Positions 18,705 to 28,366 of a stretch of DNA of 63,987 nt are shown here, in pieces (position 1 is the first letter of the stretch; the number at the start of each line of letters is the position of its first letter). This stretch comes from a virus. Lineage: Duplodnaviria; Caudoviricetes. The DNA is taken from IMG/VR virus record IMGVR_UViG_3300030419_004603, positions 1 to 63,987 of that record. One strand, 5' to 3'. The notes under the pieces were generated by a model. The model was not told where the DNA came from and made no database searches. It saw only the letters and a program-made list of their open reading frames with translations. Position numbers and translations under genes: made by a program.

Positions 18705-19320
18705 AAACTTATCAGACCCAAATACACATAAAGAACACTTCCCTTTCGCAGTAGAGGCTGCATTTAGTGGATTCGAACTAAAGAGACTTAAAGAAGTTCT
18801 AAAATTTGACCCAAATAACAGAGAAGAACCTGCCATGACAACTGGTGATGCAACATTTGGATTTGTAGGTGAGGAATCTGAACGGAAGGCCCATCAGATT
18901 ACTATTCCATTTGTCGATGAGTTAAATTGGTTTTATGAAAAATTAGAGGAATTAGTATTTCAGGTTAACCAATCGGTTTACAAATACGAACTTTCGACAA
19001 TGATGGAACCATCTATATATTTGAGGTATGATGGTAAAGAGGGTGGTAAATATGACCCACATATGGATATGGGAACAAATTATCCAACTTCTCTGAGAAA
19101 ATTATCATCAACTATTTTTATCAACGATGATTATGAAGGTGGTGAACTAATTTTTGATGGTTTGGGAAAGGATGCCGATGGGAAAGACATTGTCTACTAT
19201 CCGAAAACACCTGGCACAATAGTTTTCTTTCCATCATTTTTGATACATGGTGTAAAACCCGTAACTAAAGGACAGAGGTATTCAATTGTGACTTGGTTCC
19301 ATGGCCCCCCTTTTGTTTAA
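18679..19320 (+). CDS. 2OG-Fe(II) oxygenase, prolyl-4-hydroxylase/PKHD-like
   Basis: YDPHMD, RKLSST, DYEGGEL, FFPSFLIHGVKPVTKGQRYSIVTW. Confidence 0.88.
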   Translation: MIRTQLGLRNLSDPNTHKEHFPFAVEAAFSGFELKRLKEVLKFDPNNREEPAMTTGDATFGFVGEESERKAHQITIPFVDELNWFYEKLEELVFQVNQSVYKYELSTMMEPSIYLRYDGKEGGKYDPHMDMGTNYPTSLRKLSSTIFINDDYEGGELIFDGLGKDADGKDIVYYPKTPGTIVFFPSFLIHGVKPVTKGQRYSIVTWFHGPPFV

Positions 19321-19339
19321 TAAATTTATCGTAATCTTA

Positions 19340-19347
19340 TATTTATA
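19340..19347 (+). promoter_or_regulatory. TATTTATA motif 3 nt before an SD-less ATG
   Basis: Same 3-nt spacing as TAATTATC 27912-27919 before ATG 27923. Confidence 0.45.
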
Positions 19348-19350
19348 GAC

Positions 19351-22083
19351 ATGAAAAACATATTTGATAAATTAGTTTATAAACACATCATTGGTAATTT
19401 TGTAAATCATTTCAATATGGAGTTTTTTGAGGGTATTGTTCAATTAAAGAGAAACGAAGCCCTATTGTTTTGTCATGATATTATACCTCAGAATACTACT
19501 CCATATATTACTGAAATCAATACTAATACAGCCGTTGATGATGACCTTGTAGAATGGTTTGATTACGAACCCATAATTCTTGCCACAAAAAAATGGCAGT
19601 ATGATAATGTAATTGTTTTAGTGGAGAAAAATGAATCCAATATCATTGAAAACGGAAAGTGGTACAAACAACTTCAAAAAGAGTGTGAAAAACATGGTAA
19701 AAATGTTCGTATTAAATCATGTCTAGCAGAAACAGATATTTGGGATTTTGATTACAATAAACAACAAGATTTCATTATAAGAATAGCTTGGGATAAGAAT
19801 TGTCTAATAGATAAATTTGCAGCAAACAAATACAAGTTCAAAAAATTCATGACCGAACAAAGTATAGCAACACCAAAATGGTCAACCGATTCAAGTATTT
19901 ATGAAAAGGATAAATTTTTTGTATTCAAGGATTCTAAGGTTGATAAAAAAGTAGGAATCTCGATAAAAAAATTCTCAACCAAAAAAGAGTTTACAGAATA
20001 TTTAAAAGATTTTGACTATGTTGAGGAGTATATTAAAAGTGATGTAGATTTCCAATGTGGTTCCCAAGTAGAAGTAAAACATTATTCAATGTATTATAGA
20101 AATTTCTTTTACAACATGACTCCAAATATTTACACTCAATTATTCGATTATAAAAAACACGATGACCAATTAGATTTGAATCGTATAGGGTATGCTAACT
20201 TCTTATACAAAGATGACATTGGTAAAGATTATGTAAACTCAAATGTTGATTTAGTGCATCCATTTCATTACAAGTTCATTCGAATAAATGATAAGTTCGA
20301 TTTTTCACATTCCTCATCTATACTTGTTTATCAATATAAAAGAGGAGAATTTAAGCCTGTTCATTTGATAGAAGTAGGTGATGTATTACTTAGAAATGAT
20401 GAAAAAGTTATCGTTGAAACTATTGAAATTATTGAAAAACAAATTAGAGTAAAAGCATTACAACATGAAGATAATGTAATCGAATATAATGGATTTCAAA
20501 TACAAGCAAAACACGAAAATTTTATAAGTGGTGTCGATAGTATAATCACAGACCCATTTAAAGGTCAACAAGTTTTAAGTTCCAAAGAAGAAGAATTAGT
20601 ATCTGCAATAATGGCTAAAGCAAAAGACGCGGAAATGCCAGAAAGAGTTGTGGAAATTACTTTTGAATGTCAAGGAACATTTTTTACAAGTGAATTCTTA
20701 TTCGAAAAACCACTCAAGGTAATAAACTCGATGGACTACGATATCCGTATGGATAGAACTGATGGTAGGGAAGAGTTTGGAACTCATAATACGGCAGGTG
20801 TAGAAAGGAAGGAACCTACTTTTGGTTGGGCTTCTTATGACCCTAAACTTACTTACGAACTAAAACATATGAATGTAATGAAGTTACGACCTGGTATGGT
20901 TTGTTTGACACCAAAAAGAAAGGATATGAAAATTATTCGTGGTCTGTATGGTGGATTTGTACCATGTAAAGTCGTGAGTATCAAAGAGGTGCCAGGTAAA
21001 AAATCACATTGGGATATTTACGATATACTACCTACAGAAAATTATTTTATGAACAGACTTCATGTTCACAATGGGCCAGCAAATTATTCATTAACAAGTG
21101 GGCCAGTTTTGATGGGTCATTGGGATATATCACATCCAAGTAGTTTTAGTTCACCTGACGATACAGTATTTGATTTGACATCACGACTGAATGCGGATTT
21201 GACTATACATCAAAATCTACCAGCACCACAAATAAGTCCCAATCAAACTACGAATGTTTCTTCACAAAATCATAATCCCATAGTGACATCATATTTTCCA
21301 AATCCTGAATTTAAGGCCATTAATTTTACCACAAGTTTAAAGGGTGCGAGACTTACAAGACAACCAAGTAACCCATATCATGAACAATATGCATTTAACT
21401 CACAATATCCAATGTCAGTATTGTGGAGTAACGCTCTATCAGACTTTACAACCAGTGGTACATCATTTCCAGTACCTGGCATTGGAGCACCGAACTCTCC
21501 TACGGCACGAAGATGGAGTACTTGTAATCCTGGTACAAATTGGGATGTTGTCCTATCAGATGGTGGTAATACAACAAACTCAAGATGGATGGTATATAAT
21601 GGAAATGGTTACGAAGCAGTTCCAACAGGTTTTCTTTGGAATGGAACTTCAGACCAAACTGGATACGGACACACCATAGGTGACCCAAAGAGTGGTACTA
21701 CGAATAACTTTGTACAAAAATTTAGATTCACCACTTTGATTTCAGACCAAAGTTCACCATATTATACACTTTATGGAAATTGGAAACAACCTTCAACATT
21801 AGTTGCAGGTTCATTTGGTAATTCTTTCAATGTACCAACACCAGCCGCAAACCCACGAGCTCCAAGTCAAAATTTCGCGTTCGGTGGACATGGATATCCA
21901 AATCCAACCACAAATGAAGGTGCATTTGCTTGGAATATTGTGATGATGTATCATCAAGGTAATACACAAGCTGCAAGTCAATTCCTTCAAATATTTCAAG
22001 GAAGCCCAAATTCAAAAATGTATTATAGGTCTGATAATCCTGGTTTGACTGGTTCACCAACATATGATGGTTCGGGTCCATAA
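19351..22083 (+). CDS. 910-aa multidomain protein: ATP-grasp-like N-terminus, degenerate Hint, Hint ending in His-Asn, Pro/Ser/Thr/Asn-rich C-terminal domain
   Basis: ANKYKFKKFM..TPKW..VFK..GISI..VEEYI (ATP-grasp-like); EFKPVHLIEVGDVL..IVETIE..YNG; GWASYDPKLT..KLRPGM..KVVSIKEV..WDIYDI..ENYFMNRLHVHN/G. Confidence 0.7.
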   Translation: MKNIFDKLVYKHIIGNFVNHFNMEFFEGIVQLKRNEALLFCHDIIPQNTTPYITEINTNTAVDDDLVEWFDYEPIILATKKWQYDNVIVLVEKNESNIIENGKWYKQLQKECEKHGKNVRIKSCLAETDIWDFDYNKQQDFIIRIAWDKNCLIDKFAANKYKFKKFMTEQSIATPKWSTDSSIYEKDKFFVFKDSKVDKKVGISIKKFSTKKEFTEYLKDFDYVEEYIKSDVDFQCGSQVEVKHYSMYYRNFFYNMTPNIYTQLFDYKKHDDQLDLNRIGYANFLYKDDIGKDYVNSNVDLVHPFHYKFIRINDKFDFSHSSSILVYQYKRGEFKPVHLIEVGDVLLRNDEKVIVETIEIIEKQIRVKALQHEDNVIEYNGFQIQAKHENFISGVDSIITDPFKGQQVLSSKEEELVSAIMAKAKDAEMPERVVEITFECQGTFFTSEFLFEKPLKVINSMDYDIRMDRTDGREEFGTHNTAGVERKEPTFGWASYDPKLTYELKHMNVMKLRPGMVCLTPKRKDMKIIRGLYGGFVPCKVVSIKEVPGKKSHWDIYDILPTENYFMNRLHVHNGPANYSLTSGPVLMGHWDISHPSSFSSPDDTVFDLTSRLNADLTIHQNLPAPQISPNQTTNVSSQNHNPIVTSYFPNPEFKAINFTTSLKGARLTRQPSNPYHEQYAFNSQYPMSVLWSNALSDFTTSGTSFPVPGIGAPNSPTARRWSTCNPGTNWDVVLSDGGNTTNSRWMVYNGNGYEAVPTGFLWNGTSDQTGYGHTIGDPKSGTTNNFVQKFRFTTLISDQSSPYYTLYGNWKQPSTLVAGSFGNSFNVPTPAANPRAPSQNFAFGGHGYPNPTTNEGAFAWNIVMMYHQGNTQAASQFLQIFQGSPNSKMYYRSDNPGLTGSPTYDGSGP

Positions 22084-22595
22084 TGAGTAAGAATTTACGC
22101 ATAAGTGGATATGTACTAATGAATACGGCATCATTGGATGATTCAGGTTCAGTTAGTATAGAGGCACAAGATTATGGATATCCTAATTACATTTCAAGTT
22201 CATTTTCAGCTTCGGTTGAATTTCAAGATACACGAACACCAATATTAATTACTGAGGTTATTGACCAAAAACCTGCTGTAAGTTTTGGACATTTTAATTG
22301 GACATTTAGTGATTTGACGGATGTTACTGGTAGTTGGAATTATTATTCTCAATCCATACAAAGTGATGATTTGAAAACTGCAATTATTAGTAGTTCTAAT
22401 ATGAGTGCTTCTCACTTTGGTGAGGTCTACATATTTCGAGTTGAAGATAGCGAACATTACTTTAGTAGTGACACAGATTATGATGTTGGAGATTATAGAA
22501 AGTATAGAAATTTCGAGGATGGTGTACTGTTAGAGAGTTATTTATTACCAGTCACGAAATCAGACGGGCCTTATTCAATACCACCGTGGAGTTAA
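22083..22595 (+). CDS. acidic Ser-rich hypothetical protein
   Basis: TAATG-coupled to the 910-aa gene; no recognised motif. Confidence 0.65.
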   Translation: MSKNLRISGYVLMNTASLDDSGSVSIEAQDYGYPNYISSSFSASVEFQDTRTPILITEVIDQKPAVSFGHFNWTFSDLTDVTGSWNYYSQSIQSDDLKTAIISSSNMSASHFGEVYIFRVEDSEHYFSSDTDYDVGDYRKYRNFEDGVLLESYLLPVTKSDGPYSIPPWS

Positions 22596-22596
22596 T

Positions 22597-23271
22597 GTGT
22601 TTAATAAAAATGGTTATGAAATTCGTAGAGATGCGATAGATACTAAAACACTGGATTTAGTGTATGAGTATCACAAATTAAAAGTAGAAAATAATGAGTT
22701 CGAGATAGATACTGCACAAGTAACTGGAACCATCACAATGTATGGTGATACATTAAATGATTCAATTTTAAGATGGTCATTACCATTTGCTCAAGAAGTG
22801 ATTGGTGAAGAATTATATCCTTGTTATAGTTTCCTAAGAATTTATAATAATGGAGATATTTTAGAACCTCATTGTGATAGACCATCATGTGAGTTTAGTG
22901 CAACATTACCAATATATTTTGATAAAAAATGGCCTATTATGATGAAAAAACACGATTTTGAAAAATATGGTGAGGATTATTTAACCCCATCATTGGAAAA
23001 AAATGAAGATGGTTCAATTGAAAATGATACGATAGCAGTAACACTTAATAGGGGTGATATATGTTTTTATGAAGGCACAAAAATGAATCATTGGAGAGAC
23101 CCATTTATGGGAAATGATTGTGTACAATTATTTATACATTATGTCAGAAAAAATGGTGAACACTCAAATTTCAAATACGACCAAAGAGATAACCTTGGTT
23201 TACCATCTGTAAGTGGACACTCTTTGATGGATGCTAGAAAAAAATACTTAGAATCATTTTTTGATGATTAA
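22597..23271 (+). CDS. 2OG-Fe(II) oxygenase (HxDRxSCE family)
   Basis: YSFLRIY, LEPHCDRPSCEFSAT, GDICFYEG..HWR, QLFIHY. GTG start. Confidence 0.85.
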   Translation: MFNKNGYEIRRDAIDTKTLDLVYEYHKLKVENNEFEIDTAQVTGTITMYGDTLNDSILRWSLPFAQEVIGEELYPCYSFLRIYNNGDILEPHCDRPSCEFSATLPIYFDKKWPIMMKKHDFEKYGEDYLTPSLEKNEDGSIENDTIAVTLNRGDICFYEGTKMNHWRDPFMGNDCVQLFIHYVRKNGEHSNFKYDQRDNLGLPSVSGHSLMDARKKYLESFFDD

Positions 23272-23692
23272 ATACCGAAGAGACTTAAAAAATTATCAGT
23301 TTTATAATACACCAAATCAAGTATCGTGTTGGAAGAAAATAGACGAAGTTAAACTTCAATCTGCAATAGACCTTTTCCAAGAGGAACTAAATTGGGATAA
23401 AATGTGGAATGTGGAAGATGCCAAACAGAGATTAGAAGATGGTTGGTTATTTTCGGTTCTTGAAGTAGATGATAAACTTAGAGGTTGGTATTGGTTAAAC
23501 TACGAAACCAAAGAGGGTTTGAACTTGTATGTACATAAAGATTTCAGAGGTCATGGTTATGGGTTTGGATTAATAAGTTATATTATTACTGCAGCAAAAT
23601 TAAGACAATTAGAATATGTGTGGGCACAAGTGGATGAGTGGAATAAGGTAAGTCAAGAATTATTTTTGAGGTGTGGATTTTTAAATGAATAG
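23264..23692 (+). CDS. GNAT acetyltransferase
   Basis: LYVHKDFRGHGYG (motif A) and WNKVSQELFLRCGF (motif B). Confidence 0.82.
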   Translation: MIKYRRDLKNYQFYNTPNQVSCWKKIDEVKLQSAIDLFQEELNWDKMWNVEDAKQRLEDGWLFSVLEVDDKLRGWYWLNYETKEGLNLYVHKDFRGHGYGFGLISYIITAAKLRQLEYVWAQVDEWNKVSQELFLRCGFLNE

Positions 23693-24383
23693 ATTTATGT
23701 TATTGTCCATGAAAAGGACAGGTTCTAATCATCTATTGAACGCTATACAATCTATTTCCGATAAAAAAATGGTTTGGTTTGACGCACAACCAAAATTTTG
23801 GGAGTCATTTGGTCTATCATTTGGGAAAGACATTTGGAATGCTAAAATAATTGATTGTTTTGATGAGTTATATGATAATTATTTTGGATGTAAGATTAAT
23901 TGGGATGAACCATCATTTTTTGAAATCATAGATGAATTAATTGATTATCCTGTTAAGAAGATTATATTATATCGTGAAAATATTTGGGAAAAAGTTATAT
24001 CAGAAGAATTAGCAATACAAACAAACCATTGGATAGCTCCCATCGGAAGACATAGAGTCTATAAAGAAGGTTATGAGTTTGATGAAATTGATGTTGATGT
24101 TGTAAAAAATAAAATAAAAGATATAGAAAATAAGGTTCAGTATATTCTCAATAAAAAACAAGAATTTATTGTTCTAAAATATGAAGATTTATTTTCGAGG
24201 AATACTTATACAAATACACACAAACAAAATTTTAAAGATTTACTAATAAAATTAGGTGTTAGTTATAATAATCAAGTTTTTGAGAATGTGGTTGGAGATT
24301 TGATGAAACCAAACGCTTGTTATAAAACAGACAATACATATAATTACATAAAGAATATTTCTGAACTCAAAAAGTTAAGATGA
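23685..24383 (+). CDS. sulfotransferase (Stf0-like)
   Basis: MKRTGSNHL 5'-PSB loop, ILYRENIWEKVIS, LKYEDL. Confidence 0.78.
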   Translation: MNRFMLLSMKRTGSNHLLNAIQSISDKKMVWFDAQPKFWESFGLSFGKDIWNAKIIDCFDELYDNYFGCKINWDEPSFFEIIDELIDYPVKKIILYRENIWEKVISEELAIQTNHWIAPIGRHRVYKEGYEFDEIDVDVVKNKIKDIENKVQYILNKKQEFIVLKYEDLFSRNTYTNTHKQNFKDLLIKLGVSYNNQVFENVVGDLMKPNACYKTDNTYNYIKNISELKKLR

Positions 24384-24886
24384 AAAAAATTGATAAAAAT
24401 TTTCCTATTTACGAAGTAGAAAACTTATTAAATTATGATAATTACGATATTGAATTATTAAAGAAAAAATATATAGAGGAACATAAGAAAAATTTAAATC
24501 CTGAAAAGGGTTTTAATGCTGTAGTTGATTTTGATTCAGAAATACTTGAAGACTTAATTGTAGAATTCACTAAGCTGGTGAATAAAAAATGGGGTGGAAT
24601 TGATGTCATTAAGAGTTCTTACATAATGGTAAACAATGAAGATTTTTGTCCTATAAATTGGCACAATCATCTTACGACTTCTGATATAGTTGGTGTTTAC
24701 TATTTTAGTGTACCTAAATCAATGAAAGGTGGGAATATATCTTTTCAAACTGATGATTATGATTTATCACACAGACCCAAAGAAAATTCACTTTTAATAT
24801 TTCCTGATTGGATGTTACACACGACTAATTACATTCAAGGAAAAGAACACAGAATATCAATAAACATAGAGGGAATTTATGAATAA
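24380..24886 (+). CDS. 2OG-Fe(II) oxygenase (HxH type)
   Basis: WHNH, VGVYY, GGNISF, LIFPDWMLH, RISINI. Confidence 0.82.
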   Translation: MKKIDKNFPIYEVENLLNYDNYDIELLKKKYIEEHKKNLNPEKGFNAVVDFDSEILEDLIVEFTKLVNKKWGGIDVIKSSYIMVNNEDFCPINWHNHLTTSDIVGVYYFSVPKSMKGGNISFQTDDYDLSHRPKENSLLIFPDWMLHTTNYIQGKEHRISINIEGIYE

Positions 24887-25694
24887 GATAATGATAATGT
24901 TTTTGATGATGTTTACTATTGCTTCGTCTCAAACTGCAACAATAACAAATAGTGTAATTGGATACACAACAGTCGGTGATTCTGTATCTTTTGAAAAACC
25001 ATCACTTTGGTCATTCATTAAGGATGATAATTCAAAGTGGATGGCTTCTCTTTGGATTGATGCACCTTGGGCTAGTGAGGTTGTGTATGTAGAGGAATTG
25101 TTCTACAAACCTTATAGTGATAAGTTTACTATTGGTTTAGGTAGACAAGCAATTCCATTTGGTTCTAATGTACCATACTTAGATTTAACAAGAGGCGATA
25201 GATTTACTTACGCTACACCAACATCCAATGATGCTGGACTCTTGTACTTCGGAGATGGTGTTAGTGTCTATGGTGGAGTTGGTAAATGGTTTTTAGAAAC
25301 CTATTATGGTAACGACATCGAAAACGGATATGATGTATTGACTACTGCAAGACTAAGTTATGAGGTAGGTGATGTTCATTTCATCGGTGTATCAGTTGAT
25401 AATCAAGACAGACAAGTTCTTGATGTAAGTGGATATAGTAAATATGTCGACTATGTCACAGAATTTAGAGAAGATTACCAATGGGGTAGAGCTATTATCA
25501 AGAGTGGTAAGTATGGTCTATCAGCCCTAGCAGGTTTTGAAAGAACAGAGGATGAAACACAGGCACTATATGGTCTTGTGTATCAATATGGAGAACCTAA
25601 TCAATTTGTTTCTGCTGAATTTAGTGGAGAAGGTGATTTAAAGGTTAAGTTGTATTATGGTTTTAACTTAAATGTAGGAAATAAAAATGACTAA
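24879..25694 (+). CDS. secreted beta-rich protein, probable outer-membrane porin-like barrel
   Basis: Signal peptide MNKIMIMFLMMFTIASS, FTIGLGRQAIPFG porin-like segment, alternating aromatic/Gly strands. Confidence 0.55.
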   Translation: MNKIMIMFLMMFTIASSQTATITNSVIGYTTVGDSVSFEKPSLWSFIKDDNSKWMASLWIDAPWASEVVYVEELFYKPYSDKFTIGLGRQAIPFGSNVPYLDLTRGDRFTYATPTSNDAGLLYFGDGVSVYGGVGKWFLETYYGNDIENGYDVLTTARLSYEVGDVHFIGVSVDNQDRQVLDVSGYSKYVDYVTEFREDYQWGRAIIKSGKYGLSALAGFERTEDETQALYGLVYQYGEPNQFVSAEFSGEGDLKVKLYYGFNLNVGNKND

Positions 25695-26595
25695 ATTTTT
25701 AAAAGGATTTATAGCAGCAGCAATTGCAGTATTCGCTTGGTCAACCCTTGAGGTCACTGGTAGTTTTATATTTGCAGAAGGAGCAGGGCCTGTATCGGTT
25801 TTATCGGTTAGGTTTCTAATCGCCACACTATTGTTTGGTGGAGTGATGTTGTGGAAGAAACAGACAACAGGTGAAAATCTGTTTTATGTTGAGAAGGAAG
25901 ATAGAAAACAATTTTTGATTAATGGTGTAATATTGGCAGTACACTTATTGGTGTATTGGTTTGCTTGGGAATTACTTGACCCGAACCTACCTGTTATCTA
26001 CGCAATATTCTATATGTATCCATTTGTACTATGTTTGATTTCCATATTTTACTATGGAGAAAAGTTCAGTAATGGTAGAAAGATAGCATTAGGATTGGGA
26101 ACACTTGGTTGTATGTTTGCTATTGAATTGATACCATCATTCTCAACAGAAGGTTTGAACGCAAAGGGTATATTATTAGATGTAGCAGCCTGTTTGACTT
26201 GGGTAGCGTATCTAATAGTAGGACAAGGTATTATGAAAAAATATAAACCACTTACGATTGTATTTTATGACTTTCTACAAGTGTTTGTATATGTTTCATT
26301 ATTCCAATCACCAATGACAACACTTTCAGAGGTAACATTCAATGGTCTGTTAGCAATCGCATACATTTCAGTAGTTGCAAGTTTTATCGCATACTTCTGT
26401 TATTGGATAGCTGTAAAGAATATTGGAGCTACAAATACAGGTTTAGTTGAATTGGGAACACCAATCTTTGGAGTGACACTTGGTTATTTTTTCTTATCGA
26501 TGACACCATCATTATGGCAGATACTTGGACTTGTAATGATTTCAAGTGGATTGTTTTTAGTTTATAAGGAAAAAGAAGTAGTATATGACCAATAA
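25687..26595 (+). CDS. EamA/DMT-family transporter
   Basis: About 10 hydrophobic segments, SVRFLIA, YMYP, YGEKFS, AVKNIGAT..LGTPIFG. Confidence 0.88.
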   Translation: MTKFLKGFIAAAIAVFAWSTLEVTGSFIFAEGAGPVSVLSVRFLIATLLFGGVMLWKKQTTGENLFYVEKEDRKQFLINGVILAVHLLVYWFAWELLDPNLPVIYAIFYMYPFVLCLISIFYYGEKFSNGRKIALGLGTLGCMFAIELIPSFSTEGLNAKGILLDVAACLTWVAYLIVGQGIMKKYKPLTIVFYDFLQVFVYVSLFQSPMTTLSEVTFNGLLAIAYISVVASFIAYFCYWIAVKNIGATNTGLVELGTPIFGVTLGYFFLSMTPSLWQILGLVMISSGLFLVYKEKEVVYDQ

Positions 26596-27064
26596 AGACT
26601 TCGTAATAGATTGGTTCGAAAATCATATTTGGGCACGACCATGGCCTTCAACAATATGTGATGGTTGTGGTAGTATTGCAATTAGAGACATTCCGAAGGG
26701 TACGAGTGTGTATGACAAATGTGATAGAAGTGTTAGAGTTTGGGTGGATTGGGAAGATATTTCCCATTTCCCCCAAGGTCTAATTCAATGTATTTATGAT
26801 TGTCAAATTAGTGTAGGAACAAAACCAAACAATAAAGACTTCACTTGGAAAAAAGAGTATGGTAAAATATGGATGTATACCACCGAAGGTCTTAATTTTC
26901 AATCAAATTGGTTTTTTCAAAATCACTCAGATACTCCTAATCTTAATGTGGAAGTAGTTGGTAGTAGAGATTTCAAATATGTTACCAATTGTGATATTAA
27001 AAAAGGGGAAGAACTTTTCGAAGACTATACCGATTACAGTAGTTGGAATGGGAAACCAAGTTAG
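26585..27064 (+). CDS. SET-domain lysine methyltransferase
   Basis: GCGSIAIRDIPKGT, FQNHSDTPN, DIKKGEELFEDY. Confidence 0.85.
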   Translation: MTNKDFVIDWFENHIWARPWPSTICDGCGSIAIRDIPKGTSVYDKCDRSVRVWVDWEDISHFPQGLIQCIYDCQISVGTKPNNKDFTWKKEYGKIWMYTTEGLNFQSNWFFQNHSDTPNLNVEVVGSRDFKYVTNCDIKKGEELFEDYTDYSSWNGKPS

Positions 27065-27893
27065 ATATATTGACTTAGGATTAGTACCAAAAGAAGTCTA
27101 CACGGGCATTTGGGAATATCAAAATGTAGTTGATGTCCAAGAGCCTACAATAATATCATTTTCATTAGAGAAAAAAATTCCAGTATTCTTTGGTGTTTAT
27201 CCTGATGACATTACACATATCTTAGATGAATTAGACGAAAAAGTTAGGATTTTTGATGCCATAAACTCACCACCAGCCAAAGATGAGAATGGGAAATTAT
27301 TAATCGACCAAGAACTTGGTGTACCAACAACTGCATTTTATCTTGAGGGCCCTAAGATAACAAATATAATGTTATTAACAAAAAGAGACCAAGACCATGT
27401 CTGGCCTTTATTCCAAGATGCTATATCTGAAGAGGCTACTAAATTTAATATACAGACTAAGTGGAACTCAAGAAATGATGGTCTATTTCTGAGTGATGGT
27501 TATTGGAAGAAATTTGTTGGTGGTGGAAAAGTAGATGTGTTCGATTGGACAGAGACAAATATGACAATTAGTTATGATTTAGACATTGACATGGCAAACA
27601 AAATCAGAGAGTTGGATTATAAAAAAATTTTGAAGGCAGTGGTGCTTGATAAAAAAAATTTTACTGGTGATATGGGATTAATCATGGGTGGTTTGTTTGA
27701 TGAGAACCCATCAATAGTCCAAAATAAATTTACATCTGATGTAATCGATAATATTTCTTCAAAGATAAACTATGAGGTAAAAAAAGATAACCTTACTAAT
27801 GAAGAATTGAACAATGTTATTAATAGAGGTAACATTAGGTTGTGGGACAGAGAGTGGATGTATAAGGGTCGTGATATGCATTATAAAGCATAA
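27048..27893 (+). CDS. divergent lipoate/biotin-protein ligase (LplA)-fold protein
   Basis: RYIDLG, RNDGL....KKFVGGG (cf. LplA RND..KxxG), LTNEE..W. The RRxSGGG motif is absent. ATG at 27048. Confidence 0.55.
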   Translation: MGNQVRYIDLGLVPKEVYTGIWEYQNVVDVQEPTIISFSLEKKIPVFFGVYPDDITHILDELDEKVRIFDAINSPPAKDENGKLLIDQELGVPTTAFYLEGPKITNIMLLTKRDQDHVWPLFQDAISEEATKFNIQTKWNSRNDGLFLSDGYWKKFVGGGKVDVFDWTETNMTISYDLDIDMANKIRELDYKKILKAVVLDKKNFTGDMGLIMGGLFDENPSIVQNKFTSDVIDNISSKINYEVKKDNLTNEELNNVINRGNIRLWDREWMYKGRDMHYKA

Positions 27894-27922
27894 TTTGAAA
27901 AATTATCTAACTAATTATCTAT

Positions 27923-28366
27923 ATGAAAACAAAATCTTTGTTTGACCACATCACCCACATAACATCTAAACAGACTAAAAACTATTGGGAAAACTTAAAT
28001 GATGCCGATAGAAAGACTTGGTCTAATTATATGGTTCATAGGTTTCTTTCCATGAATATGAATTGGGTTGATATCGTCAATGAATTACAAAAATATAAAT
28101 TAAAACCAAAGGACTTATACCGATTGTATACTGAAATACTACCAAAGGGTAAGCAATGGTTACGATACACTAAAGGAAAAAAGGTTATGAAACATCCACA
28201 ATGGGTAGTAGATATAGTTACAAAATATCATCAAGTCAGTACAAAAGAAGCTAACGAGTATTTGGAAATATATTATAGTTCCGAACAAGGAAAGGCCGAA
28301 TTAAAATCCATACTTCAAAAATTTGGAACTGAACCGAAGGAAATTAAAAAACTAAATCTTCCCTAA
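27923..28366 (+). CDS. clamp loader small subunit (T4 gp62-like)
   Basis: LFDHI..WSNYMVHRFLSM..VNELQ..LPKGKQWLRY..YHQVSTKEANEYL pattern. Confidence 0.7.
   Translation: MKTKSLFDHITHITSKQTKNYWENLNDADRKTWSNYMVHRFLSMNMNWVDIVNELQKYKLKPKDLYRLYTEILPKGKQWLRYTKGKKVMKHPQWVVDIVTKYHQVSTKEANEYLEIYYSSEQGKAELKSILQKFGTEPKEIKKLNLP

Noticed and set aside
20280-21075. A true splicing intein or homing element in the 910-aa gene
   Set aside because: No N-terminal Cys/Ser, no TxxH, no LAGLIDADG motifs, and the +1 residue is Gly, so only C-terminal cleavage is plausible.
23240-23271. YLESFFDD tail of the 2OG oxygenase as a fourth clamp-binding motif
   Set aside because: The FF is not terminal, the upstream Q/I pattern is missing and the gene is outside the replication block; too weak without modelling.
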